Assembly (NCBI RefSeq): GCF_018350175.1
Contig: NC_058368.1
Location: 1,674,001-1,738,000, forward strand
Direction of reading: 5' to 3'
DNA: 64,000 nt
From: Felis catus
Taxonomy: Eukaryota
A model generated the notes under the pieces. It did no database searches and was not told the origin of the DNA. It saw only the letters and a list, made by a program, of their open reading frames with translations. The position numbers and the translations under genes were made by a program. Within the stretch, counting starts at the first letter, position 1, and each line of letters starts with the position of its first letter. Shown here in pieces: positions 47,750 to 59,767 of this stretch.

Positions 47750-50021
47750 TCTTTTTTTTTTTTTAAGTTTATTGACTTATTTTGAGAGAGAGAGGGAGAG
47801 AGCACGCACGCAGGGGAGGAGCAGAGAGAGAGAGAGAGAGAGAGAGAATCCCAAGCAGGCTCTGTGCTGTCAGCAGGGAGCCTGATGCTGGGATCGACCT
47901 CAAGAACCATGAGATCATGACCTGAGCTGAAATCAAGAGTCAGATGCTCAACTGACTGAGCCCAGGCACCCCCAAATTACTTTCTTTATTGAGAATTTAA
48001 GACTCGCTCTAAGGGGTGCCTGGCTGGCTCAGTTGGTGGAGCATGTGACTCTTGATCTCTGGGCTGTGAGTTTGAGCCCCATGTTGGGTGTAGAGATTAC
48101 TTAAAAAATGAAATTAAAAAAAAAAAGATTCACTCTAAAAATTAAATCTATGCCATTAGGGAATGTTCAAGATGCTTTTGGCCTGTATAATTTTCAAGAC
48201 AAATATAATTAATAGTCTGACTTAGGGGCACCTGGGTGGCTCGGTCACTTAAGCGTCTGACTTCGGCTCAGGTCATGATCTCACAGTCCGTGAGTTCGAG
48301 CCCCGCGTCGGGCTCTGTGCTGACGGCTCAGAGCCTGGAGCCTGTTTCAGATTCTGTGCCTCCCTCTCTCTCTGCCCCTCCCCTGTTCATGCTCTGTCTC
48401 TCTCTGTCTCAAAAATAAATAAACGTTAAAAAAAATTTTTTTTAAAGTAGTCTGCCTTAACTAGAGCTATAGAAAAAAATTTGCACCCATGTACTATCTC
48501 ATTTTGAGCACAGTAGTTTTCTGATAAACCCAGCAGGATAATACATTCTTAAAATATATTCTTCAGTTATCAAAAATAACTCTAAAGAGTTCAGAGAACA
48601 TCCACCAAAAACAGTGACTTTTATTTCACATTAAATATTCATTTCCTAAGGGGCACCCGGGTGACTCAGTCGGTTAAGCATCCGACTTTGGCTCAGGTCA
48701 TGATCTTAAGGTTTGTGCGGTCAAGCTCTGTGTCGGGCTCTGTGCTGACAGTTCAAAGCCTGGAGCCTGCTTCAGATTCTGTTTCTCCTTCTCTCTCTGT
48801 GCTCCTTCCCCACTCACACTCTGCCTCTCTCTGTCTCTCAAAGATAAATAAATGTTAAAAAAATTTTTTTTAAATATTCCTAAACCATTCTTTCTGAGGA
48901 TAGGTAGGTAAGAGAAATAATTAAGCATTATTTGTACAATACATGTAAATTACCTCCTTATTGTAAATTATTAAGACAAATGTACACATAGGCAATTTAT
49001 ATAATAACATGTGATATTTTAAATTATTTTAGTACTACTCCTTTTGCAACATTTTAGTGGCCATGAATTGCTGACTTATTTACAAATTCTTAGGGAGGAT
49101 GCTACAGTGTTGGTAATATAGCACTATCGATGTGGCCGAAAGACAGATGAAAACTCCTAGGAAGAGAAAGACAAAAAACAAAATATCTAATAGATCGGTA
49201 GTCATAAGCAGAGGAAAGGAAAAGCAGATAAGGAGGTAAAGAGTGTGGGAAGGGCCCTAAATGTAGATGATGTGGTCTGTCCTGAGGGCAGGACAGGTGG
49301 AGAGAGTCCTCCCTGTAGGTCCTCTTTCAGGGAAGTCCCGTTCTCTTAGGGCCAGTGAGTACGAAGTGTAGGTTAATTTTTGATGAAAACAAATACTGTT
49401 TGTGAGCATCATTCCTCCTTGTGTCCCAAAAGACGGATTCATTGATTTCTTATACTTTCAACCCTGCATTAATATTTTTCTACATCTGTTTTTACAATTT
49501 AGGTCTGCGCTTCTTGGTTCGTCTCTGCACAGATATTGGATTAAAAGAAGTTCAAGAATATGCAACAAAACTTAAGAGATTGGAAAAAATGAAAGAAATC
49601 AGGGAACAGGTATCACATATGGGCCAAAATCTACTGTCTGTTAATTTTCAAAACGTCAGCCTTCTGTAGCTCAAATGAGTGACGCTGGGTTCTTCTATCA
49701 GTAAAAAAAAAGTTGAAATTTTTTTCTGCTATGACATAAAAGGAGAAACAACTAATATTCTAGTTTGAGGATAAAATTCTATCAAGAATCAATTCTTTTT
49801 TTTTTTTTTTTTTTAAGTTTCTTTTTGAGACCGAGAGAGTGAAGCGGGAAGGGGCAGAGAGAGAGGGAGACAGAAAATCCCAGGCGGGACAGCATGGAGC
49901 CCGACTCAGGGCCCAACTTGGGGTCCATCGCAGGGCTCGATCCCACGAACTATGAGATCATGACCTGAGTGGAAATAGAATGTCCACCAAGAGTCCACCA
50001 ACTAAACCACCCAGGTGCCCC
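47750..50021. mobile_element. Can-SINEs: 47750-47973 (-), 48013-48125 (+), 48225-48445 (+), 48650-48870 (+), 49795-50021 (-); exon I lies between the last two
   Basis: Typical heads, CT tracts and A tails. Confidence 0.88.
49503..49609 (+). CDS. IFT88: IFT88 coding exon I, 107 bp: (C)LRFLVRLCTDIGLKEVQEYATKLKRLEKMKEIREQ
   Basis: Lies inside ORF 49421..49669. Acceptor aatttag and donor gtatca. Matches IFT88 LRFLVRLCTD.GLK...KLKRLEKMKEIREQ. Confidence 0.96.
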
Positions 50022-51700
50022 AAGAACCAGTTCCTAACAGGAGGAAGTGCAACAGAGTCAGCCTACTGTAGTGGATGGTTGGATACTCTCAGACAGATCA
50101 TTGTAATTTCCACAAAGCAGAATAACTTGCAGGTTAATTTACAGAATTAATTTCAGTTGGAGGGCCCTGTGGCCCATGGAAATTAAGAGGAAATCATATA
50201 ACAATAGTACTTTTTCTTTAAGCTGTTTCATTATGTAGTAGACCATGGCTCTGAGAATAGTAATCATATGCATGGAAGCTTTTTAAGTTTTATTTCTGTG
50301 TTTCATGCAGTATGTGGAATAGCAGTGTTCTCATTTTTACTTTTTGAAGAGAATAGTCTCCCCTAAGTTTGAGCCTAGAATATTTAACATGGTCTTTGAG
50401 TGTCTGCCTTAAATAGAAAGAAAATACATTCTTTAAGGTTAGACTTTATCAAGAATTTAATTATCTTGGATAATTAAGTCTAAATTCCATATTTGCTTTC
50501 AAAATGTGGTTAACTTTAAATTGTCTTTGCTTTGAAGATGTGATCTGATGGTTTTAGTCTTTATTCTCTTGTGTAAAGTATCAGTTGTAAAAGGATTATG
50601 AACATGACATAGATTTTTACCTTAAAAATCCTATAAAATACCAAGTTGTTATTAATGCGATGCTAGGGTATATAGTTTAAAACCTGCTGTCAAGACCAAT
50701 TTACTACCATATACCCACTGGTAAATCAGGTAACCTGCGTGCAAGTTTTGTAAAATTAAACAGGTATAAATGAAAGTTCAAATTATCATAAGTGTCATCA
50801 TAATCACTGCTAAATTTGTCCCATTAAGAAGAATCCAAAAGAAGTATATATCTCAAACCAAGAACATTCTTTGGAGCTTACATTAGTTGTAAAGTTACTT
50901 AGTATAGATCCATGGAGGTATGTGGAAAGGGTCACATTCTTAAGACTTCTGACGTTTCACCGTCAGGAGTTTAAGTTGATGCCGAACAGAGAACACACAA
51001 AAGAGACAAACTATGGATCGTGCATAATACACTCCTCACAACTTACAGCCTTAAACAGGGCGACTGGCATCTCTGGTTTAGCAGACTTTGGTGCAGACTC
51101 GTTTTACACAGTAAGTAGCTGCCTTGAACTCCTGGGACTTGTCTTGCAGCTAGCTCACAAGGGATCCTAACTCCAGCTGTAGGAAACCCGATTCCAGGGA
51201 GTCCCTGGGGAATGAACTTGAGGGATAAAGACCAAAACATGGCCCCTTTAAACAGATGCAGAGTTGCTTCTGCATGATTTTCTTTTCGCCCAGTTTCCCC
51301 GTGTTGGGTTGCATCGGGTCGATATCGTGCTCTGGTTTTGGTCTTCACAGCGCTTCACCTTTACGTTGACGTCCTGTCTCCCTTTGCTTTTTCTTTTCCC
51401 TCGCCCTCCTTCCTGTATGCATCCTCTCTCTGTGGTGTCAAACTCTTTCTTGCTCGGGCTGTTACGGGGCTAATATTCTTGCGGACTGTTGGTTCTTACT
51501 ACTATGAATGAATATGTGAGTTACACTGAGACTGCTTTTCCTTTGTGATGAGTACTCTGCCGATTGATTCCTCTCCCATCAAAATATTTATATATTCGTT
51601 GAGTATAGTCTACTTTTATCTGTTTCTCTCATATATCTGACATCCTTGCACTGTCCTCACTAAAATAATTCCCTAATGACTTAATTAAGAGTACTTTAGT

Positions 51701-54700
51701 GGGGCGCCTGGGTGGCTCAGTCGGTGAAGCATCCGACTTCGGCTCAGGTCATGATCTCTCGGTTTGCGAGTTCGAGCCCCATGTCGGACTCTGGGCTGAG
51801 AGCTCAGAGCCTGGAGCCTGTTCCAAATTCTGTGTCTCCCTCTCTCGCTGTGCCCCTCCCATGCTCATGCTCTGTCTCTCCCTGTCCCTCAATAATAAAT
51901 AAACATTAAAAAAAAAAGATTACTTTAGTAAAATCATATGAGTTACTATTGATGCATTTAGATCATCCAGTGTTTCTCTTACTTATTTACTCTAATTATT
52001 AATGTCTCAGTGTGCTTGAGCAGTGCCTCTTTTGGTAATATTATGTCACTGCTCTCACTGTAATCTGTATAAAACCCAAGGTCACTTAGATGTCTTCTCT
52101 CATTATAGCTTCTTCTTAATATCTTCCCTTAAATGTTACTGCTTAATCTTACTTGAAAGTGAAAGTCACAGCCCTCAGCCGCAAAGTACTCTCTTTTCAG
52201 TGCCCTTGGAATCAGTTTCTCTGTTCTTTGGTACTCCTCATTAAATCTTTCTCACTTATGTTTTGCTTATAAATGCAAAGTGGAGGGGTGCCTGGGTGGC
52301 TCAGTCAGTTGTGTCCAACTTCGGCTCAGGCCATGATCTCATGGTTCGTGAGTTCGAGCCCTGCATCAGGCTCTGTGCTGACAGCTCAGAGCCTGCTTTG
52401 GATCCTCTGTCCCCTCTTTCTCTGTTCCTTCCACACTTGCTCTCTCTATCTCAAAAATGAGTATACAAAAAAAAATGCAAAGTGGAGAGAAAAAATAGTG
52501 GAAAAGAAAGGTCCTAGGAAGAAGAGACTAAAAGAATTCTCACTATTTGAGAGTTAATTTCTCTTTTAATTGTTGTGTGTTCAATTTCAGTTTGTGTTTC
52601 TTGAATTGTGAGCCCGTGGGGCAGAGCATTCTATTTCCTGGCTTGCATAGTACATAAAGCACTATTAGTTTCGAAGCAAAGTATAGTAAATAAACTTCTG
52701 AATCAAGGGCACTCTCCTTTTCTAAATTTGAACTTAAAACTTGTTACTTTTTCTGTGTGTTTCTTGTTTAGAATCTGCCCCCATGCAGAAACTTAACATC
52801 TTTTGATGTAATTAGAATTTCTTTATGTAATTATTGTTACATAAATTGTTACATAAATTGTCTGCATAATACAATCTACTATTATACAGGTAGATATGTC
52901 TTGATTTCTTTAAACATTTATGCATTGTTAGATATCTTTTTTAAAGTCGGTAACTCTCTATGATCACTCTAATTTTGTTGTTTCTTCCTGAAGAAGAGCA
53001 CTTCCATATTGTGAACTGGAGACAGTTTGTGAAACAGACATGTAATTGAAAGCAGGAAGGGGCACGTGGGTGGCTCAGTCCTTTAAGCTTGGGACTCGAC
53101 TTTGGCTCAGGTCATGATCTCATGGTCAGGAGAATGAGCCCATGTGGGGCGCTGTGCTGACAGTGTGGAGTCTGCTTGGGATCCTCTCTGCCCCTCTGCC
53201 CGCCTCTCTCAAAATAAATAAATAAACATTAAAAACAATAGGAAAGCAGGGATATCAGAGATAATCACATCAAATCTTTACCTGGAGCTGCTGATAGGAA
53301 AACAAAGTGGACCCCCAGTCTGTGTCCCTTCCTTTCCTCTTGAAGTGCTAATAATGGTAGAAGTTTGGCAGCAGGAAGGAAAAGAAGTGAAGAGGCTGGA
53401 TGAATGTTTGTGAATGATGCTAGCCCTCTTCGTGGTTCTGGTTACAGTTTCCCCTTCAATTCTACTTGGTAACATCTGCTTGCCGAGACAGTAAAATAGC
53501 AACAGCTAACGCTTACTGAGTGCCTGACGAGTACAGGCCCTGTTATGAACATTGTATGTGTAACAACTAACTTAACCATTGCCGTAGTCCTAGGATGTTG
53601 GGTATAGTTTCATTATTACTTTTTTTTTAACAGATGAGAAAACTGAGAACCATAGTGGCTAAGTCCCTTCCTCTAGGTCACACGGCTATTGGGGGCAGCC
53701 CTAGGCTTCAAATCCAGGTTCCTAACTACTGTGCCTTACCACCTTATGAAAAGTAGGGGAAGCAGATGATCCAAATAATTATTTTCAGCTGATACATAGT
53801 TCTTACTTACTCTGCACTCAAAAAGTTGGTAAATTAAAATGGCAAAAGTATAAGTCCATAATTTGATTAGGATGGAGGTCTCAAACTAGTGCTATTCAAG
53901 CATGGTCTGTGGGCTTGTACAGCCTCAGAATCACTTGGGCACATCTTAGAATTACAAAGTCTTGGGCCCCATCCCAGACCTACCGAAACCCTACCCCAGA
54001 GTTAAATTCAAGAATCTGCATATGTGTTTTTAAACAAATTCTCCAGGTATTTTTATATTCACTAAAGTCTGAAAAGCACTTGTGTAAAGTTTATGCTCCC
54101 ACAGGGTCATCATGCAAATGATCAAATACCAGCTCAGGATATGGAATCTGATATAAGGGAGGGGGGCAGGAAATAGATATAAATCAGGTCATGGATTTTT
54201 AAAAATTGTTTAAAATGGGAAAGGTTTTATGTAGACCTCAGAAAGAGAGATAAATTGATTCAGGTTTATGGGAGCCAGGATAGTGTATCTCCCTGAGCCC
54301 CTAACTCCTATTTTAAAGGAGTTAAAGCCAGAAATTTATTTATTTAGACTGGTTTTTCAGAGAACTTCTTCTCTTCCTTGAACTTTTATGGAAAAAGAAG
54401 ACTGTTCTCCCCTTGGTGCTAAGAGGAATATTTTACACATTGTGTATTCATTAGTGCCATCAGTGAGCAATTCTAAACACTGGGCTGTTGGCCAGGCAAG
54501 AAAGACCTACTGTGCGTGTCTGGCTGCTGTGGGCCTGGAGCAGTGTGAACTGGCCCCAGGAGCTGGGGGCCTCATAGAATTGCTGTGTTTTAAAGATGTT
54601 TTATGTTTCTTCTTCACTGAACACACAAAAAAATCAGCTTCCAGGCATTCTGCCAAACTTAACTCTATGTCTGGAAAAGAACAAAATGGGAAGAGCAGGA

Positions 54701-57208
54701 ATTGAAGACTCAGCAATCGAAATACAAAAAGGAAGAGAAAAACATCAGCCGAAATGCAAAAGATTAGAGAAGAGAGAGAGTATGCAAGATTCAGTGTGGT
54801 GGAGTTCATTGATTTTCAGCAGCAAATAGGTGTTCAGTTGGAAGAGAATAAAAACCCACGTTCTCGGGGCGCCTGGGTGGCTCAGTCGGTTGAGCGTCCG
54901 ACTTCAGCTCGGGTCATGATCTCATAGCTCATGAGTTTGAGACCCGCGCTGGGCTCTGTGCTGATGGCTCAGAGCCTGGAGCCTGCTTCAGATTCTGTGT
55001 CTCCTTCTGTCTCTGCTCACTCTCTCTCAAAGGTAAATGAACATTTACAAAAAACCTAAAAACCACGTTCTCTACCCACGGGAGCGTGGTGAAGGAGAAG
55101 GACCAGCAGGCGGGACCCTGAGTGTGAGGAGGGCGTGGGTGCTGGTAAGCACACTGAGTGAGCAGCCACCTGGGTCACAGGGGAGTCACCCTAAGATGAG
55201 AGTGGAGCTGAACCCGAAGGGGTGAGTCGTTGCTGGAAAGGAGGTGAGGAAAGGCATGGCAGGCAGAGGAAGTACCGGATAGAGGCTGCCCCTCCAAGAG
55301 ATGCAAGCTGGCTCTTATTCACAAAGTACGAGGGGCAGTCAGTTTCCAAAGATGCAAAGGGCAGAACGTGATGTATGAAACACGTGCTTGCTCCATGGGC
55401 CGTGCGGGCGGAGGCTGAGCCAGCAGTGGGGCTCTGGCACCACCGTGTGCTTACGTGACATGTGTCCGGCAGAGCACGGTGTCCTGGGAGTAGGAGAGAA
55501 AGAAGTCGTTGAATCAAGCCAGGTTTTAGGTTTCTCTTGGTGAGTGGAGCAGAGAGACGGGTGGGCAAGCAAAGTGTCCGGAGGTCCTGACGTGGACGTA
55601 CTTCAAGTGCTGGGGTGTTTCCAGGCTAGAAATAAAGTGGGTATTCAGGGGATTAGTTAGGAAGAGATGGACGAGAGCCACAAGACTGGGGAGTTCTAGA
55701 TGGGAGCAAGGAACGGTGGAATGGGGCGAAGAATGTGGTGATCGTGGAGAGTGCTCACTCTCCTAAACTGTCCTGTTCTAAACGTATGGTCACTAAAGCA
55801 AGTGCAAGATCTTTTCTCACATTTGGTTTGAAAACCCTTCAGGTCACACAGGCATGTGTACCTATGAGTTTATTTCAGTATCGTGTAGGTCTTTTGCATA
55901 TGCTAGAAATGATCTTCAGAAAGATGAAAAACAAGTTGTGAAATAAAATCTGATTACAGACATTAAAATTTTTATTTTGTTATGTTATCTTTAGATTTTC
56001 AAGAGAAGGGGCAAAGGGGAGAGATGGGGTTTCAAGGGAGGTTTCTTTTTAACAGAAGAAATTGGGGCATATTTACATATATTTGAAAGTACTGAGTGTT
56101 TCATTTTAGAGAAATGAGTTATTGAAATTTTTTTTCTTCCTAGCCGATCACAATGTCAGTAACCTCTAATCTGTGATCTGATAATTCAGAATTCACTGGG
56201 GAATAAATAATTTGTCTTTTGAATCAGATATGAAATTTTGCTTATATTATTGAAGATCTAAATAAGGTACCAATCTATGTTTAAAATTTTAATTTAGTTG
56301 TGGAGTAAATAATTGTCAAAAGCTGTCTGACTCTCTTCACTAACTACCCTGTCTCTCTAAACACAGCATTAGGCATATGAGAATCCGGCAGTATGACTTG
56401 AGACAGATTCAGTGTCAATACAAGAAGTATAACGCCTAAGCAAAACACAAAGTTTACCTTTTTTCCCCTCAAAATAGTTCAAGTCCAGCCATTACAGAGT
56501 AAAACTAATGCAGGATATAGCCCTTCGGTGGGTTCCCTCCTCCCCTCCCATCCCCCGGGTCTAAGACCTCAACCTTCACCTCAGGAGCATATTTGCTTTA
56601 TAAGCAGTGGTTACGCTGCACCTGAGTGCAAGTGCCCCCTGGGTATTTACTAAGGCCTGAGGACCCTGGTGGAGGGCAGGCTGGGAACCCTTTGTTTACA
56701 GAACAACTTTGTCTTTTCTCTCATAGAATCAAGGTAAGGAGCAGTGTGCACCCAGCTCTTAGGAGAGTAGGAGCAGTAAGTCTTAAGCGCTACACAGTAA
56801 CGTTAATTGAAAAAATCAACATTGGGGCGCCTGGGTGGCTCAGTCGGTTGAGCGTCCGACTTCAGCTCAGGTCACTATCTCACGGTCCGTGAGTTCAAGC
56901 CCCGTGTCGGGCTCTGGGCTGATCCTCAGAGCCTGGAGCCTGCTTCGGATTCTGTGTCTCCGTCTCTCTCTGCCCCTCCCCCGTTTATGCTCTGTCTCTC
57001 TCTGTCTCAAAAATAAATAAAAACGTTAAAAAAAAATCAACATTTAGGAGCACCTGCGTGGCTCAGTCGGTTAGGCACCAACTCTTGATTTTGGCTCAGG
57101 TCACAATCTCATGGTTCCTTGAGTTTGAGCCTTGCATAGGGCTCCACACTGATGGTGTGGAGCCTGCTTGGGATTCTGCCTTCCTCTCTCTCTGCCCCTC
57201 CCTTGCTC

Positions 57209-57240
<32 letters not shown>

Positions 57241-57270
57241 AAAGATAAATAAATAAGCTTTTAAAAAAAA
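51701..57270 (+). mobile_element. Dispersed + strand Can-SINEs: 51701-51917, 52286-52475, 53079-53235, 54866-55060, 56824-57035, 57047-57270
   Basis: Typical heads, CT tracts and A tails with short TSDs (e.g. tactttagt, aaatgcaaagtggag, aaaatcaacatt). Confidence 0.88.
53885..54081. mobile_element. MER5A-like DNA transposon
   Basis: cagaatcacttggg..ttgggccccatcccagacctaccgaa..aagaatctgcat..tttaaacaa..ctccaggt..cactaaagtctgaaaagcact. Confidence 0.7.
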
Positions 57271-57339
57271 TCAGCGTTTACTTATATTCACCTTCAAGGG
57301 AATATCATTCATTCTTTTAAACTCATCTTCTTGTTCTAG

Positions 57340-57406
57340 CGCGTAAGGTCTGGCAGAGATAGCGGCGGGGGCTCCCGCAGCAGAAGAGAGGGCAGTGCCG
57401 GCAGTG
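57340..57406 (+). CDS. IFT88: IFT88 coding exon J, 67 bp: RVRSGRDSGGGSRSRREGSAGS + phase-1 base
   Basis: Acceptor cttcttgttctag and donor gtgagt. Similar to human IFT88 RIKSGRDGSGGSRGKREGSASG. In frame with exon I. Confidence 0.92.
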
Positions 57407-58312
57407 GTGAGTATTTCCTGTTTCCTTGACGTACTGGATTTGACCGACGTCTAGCACATGGGCTTCTTGAAACATCTTGAATAATCAGAAAGAATGCCTT
57501 TTGTTCTGTACGCAGTAAAACCTCACTTACTCCTATTAATTTTGTAAGCATTCTGTTATGTGCATGATGGTGAATGTCAGTGGATTTTACTTCTTCGGTA
57601 AGCATACCTGTTTTTGCTAAGTGGTTAATAAATAAGTTCATGCTGAATAGATTACCATAGATGTCCATGCTAACAAGGTTTTACTGTGTTACATTTTGTT
57701 AATTTACCTTTTAGGGCAGTGCGATGAGAAGTAAGATGGCCTTCTAGAATGCTGGCAGTGCTGAGTATACTTTAGTGTAGAAATTGTGCCAGTCTGGGCA
57801 TTAGGAGACATGATTCTAGTTCCTGTCTTGATCACGACAGCCGTCTCCCTTTGGACCAGCCACATAAATGCCGTAGGCTTTCAGTGATTTCTAAATTTGT
57901 TTGCATCGCTCAGTTCCTTGACTTCGACCACTTGTCACAGCATTACTTAGTAACAAGGTTGTTAAGTTTTCCTTCCCGTTTTCCTCATCATCAAAATCTG
58001 CCTTCTCTGTCCACGTCAGAGGAATAGTATAAGTTAAACTTAGTAGAAATTTGGTGGTTTTAAAGAAACGGATAGAAAAATAAAGGCTAAATTGGGATGT
58101 GTAAATACACGTACATTCTCTCATATCTGTACGTCGCACTGTCCTGCAGACGTGACCCGGGTCCGTGCCCCCGCCCAGCTCCACCCCTCGTCTCTTTGTG
58201 ATGTAGGCATCAGGGCAGAGACAGTGTAAGGCGTAGTTCGGGTAGGCCTTTATTTCATTCATTTGCAAACGCTTATTAGATGCATACCAGGTGCCAAATA
58301 AAGACTGTGCTA

Positions 58313-58543
58313 GGGGCGCCTGGGTGGCGCAGTCGGTTGAGCGTCCGACTTCGGCTGGGTCACGATCTCGCGGTCAGTGAGTTCGAGCCCCGCGTCGGGC
58401 TCTGGGCTGATGGCTCAGAGCCTGGAGCCTGTTTCCGATTCTGTGTCTCCCTCTCTCTCTGCCCCTCCCCTGTTCATGCTCTGTCTCTCTCTGTCCCAAA
58501 AATAAATAAAAACGTTGAAAAAAAAAATTAAAAAAAAAAAAAA
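58313..58543 (+). mobile_element. Young SINEC_Fc-type SINE
   Basis: Perfect TSD aaagactgtgcta. Long A tail. Confidence 0.94.
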
Positions 58544-59157
58544 AAAGACTGTGCTAAGTGCCAGAGGCATAGGGATGAGTAAAACACGGTCCCTGTGCTC
58601 AGGGAAATTAAAATCTAGTTGGAAGGACACCCAGGTCTCAGGCGCTGCTGAGAATGCTACTGACTTTCCTGGGGATACAGACTGCAGCTGGGGCAAAGAT
58701 TCTTTCCTGAGATCTGAGCTCTGCTTGGCCAGATGGGTTTAAGCAGTTACGATCATCAGGGGCATCTCCTTCTAGCAAGACAGTTTGATTCTCTGAGGAT
58801 CAGTCCGGCTTTTCCAGCTGAACCTCACAGTCCTCACCTGTTTACCCTCAGGTCCCAGGAGTAGTTACCCACGGCCTCAGAAAGTAGCAGCTGCCGCCTG
58901 CAGTCTGTGTCCCACGCACGCCAAGGGCGGTTTGCCGCATCGAGGAGTAGCCATTTCCTACCTCGTCAGCCCCCCGTGGTCGTGATGGGCGTTGACGTTC
59001 CCATACTGTCCCCTAAGCCTCAGATGTGGCCTCCGCTCTGTTACCCCTGCCCCACCCCTGCTTCAGTGTGTTCACTCAGCTCTCTGGGGTTGGATTTAAC
59101 TGAGTCCTGGGTCTGAAAGATCTGTCCCAGCAGTTCTCATAAGCGGGCGACGGCCAA

Positions 59158-59470
59158 GCAGGCCTGCAGCCTCTTACCCAAAGTCTGTGGGGCCAAGCGT
59201 GTTGTGGAATTCAGCATCTTTTGGAGTTTAGAAACCTTCTGTGGTGTTTTACCCATATATAATACCCGTGGGGTGCACCTCACAATCAGACAGAACTGTT
59301 ACTGACTCGGGAAAACACATGGGTAATTACACTAAGGTTAAATAATGGCTAAAAATAGCTTCAGGTCAAGTCGGGCTTTATGCCCATGAAGTTTACATAT
59401 TGCCACCTGAAAACTTGGCTTTCCGACCTCTTTGGAACTGGGAGTTTTGGAGAGGGATCATGGACTTGTA
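59158..59470. mobile_element. Possible TcMar/Tigger-like DNA transposon relic
   Basis: Degenerate inverted termini caggcctgcagcctctta ... gagagggatcatggacttgta. Confidence 0.35.
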
Positions 59471-59767
59471 TGTACCAGCAATGTCCCTAGTGGCGAAGGG
59501 TCGGCACACAAGGCTGTGGGCATCAGCTGAGAGGAACGTGGAAGGTTCAGCAGACGTCTCGAGGCTGCTGCTTCATCCTTGCTCTTAGGAAGCAGGCGGC
59601 CTGTGATAGGAGCTTTTCTTGAAATTGAGTGTCCCTTCAGGAGTCATTGTCTTGGTAACCCTAGCGAAGTGTTAAGTGTTTATCGAAGTTCTTTATTAAA
59701 GTTTATTAAAGATGGATTCACCATCTTCTAAGTTTTTTACACTTCCCTCTAAAAATCTTAAACTCAG

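Noticed and set aside
47290..47910. Longest ORF in the track (206 aa, minus-strand entry)
   Set aside because: It runs through a SINE and a MER20 element and has no recognisable domain or splice context.
49610..49620. Donor GTATCACAT as a second U12 intron
   Set aside because: It matches the U12 consensus only to GTATC, and the downstream acceptor at exon J has a normal pyrimidine tract, which fits a U2 intron.
1020..58531. Family of recurring ORFs starting MAQSVKRPTSAQVMIS... or MGQRETEHERGRGRERG...
   Set aside because: These are translations of Can-SINE copies in various frames, not a gene family.
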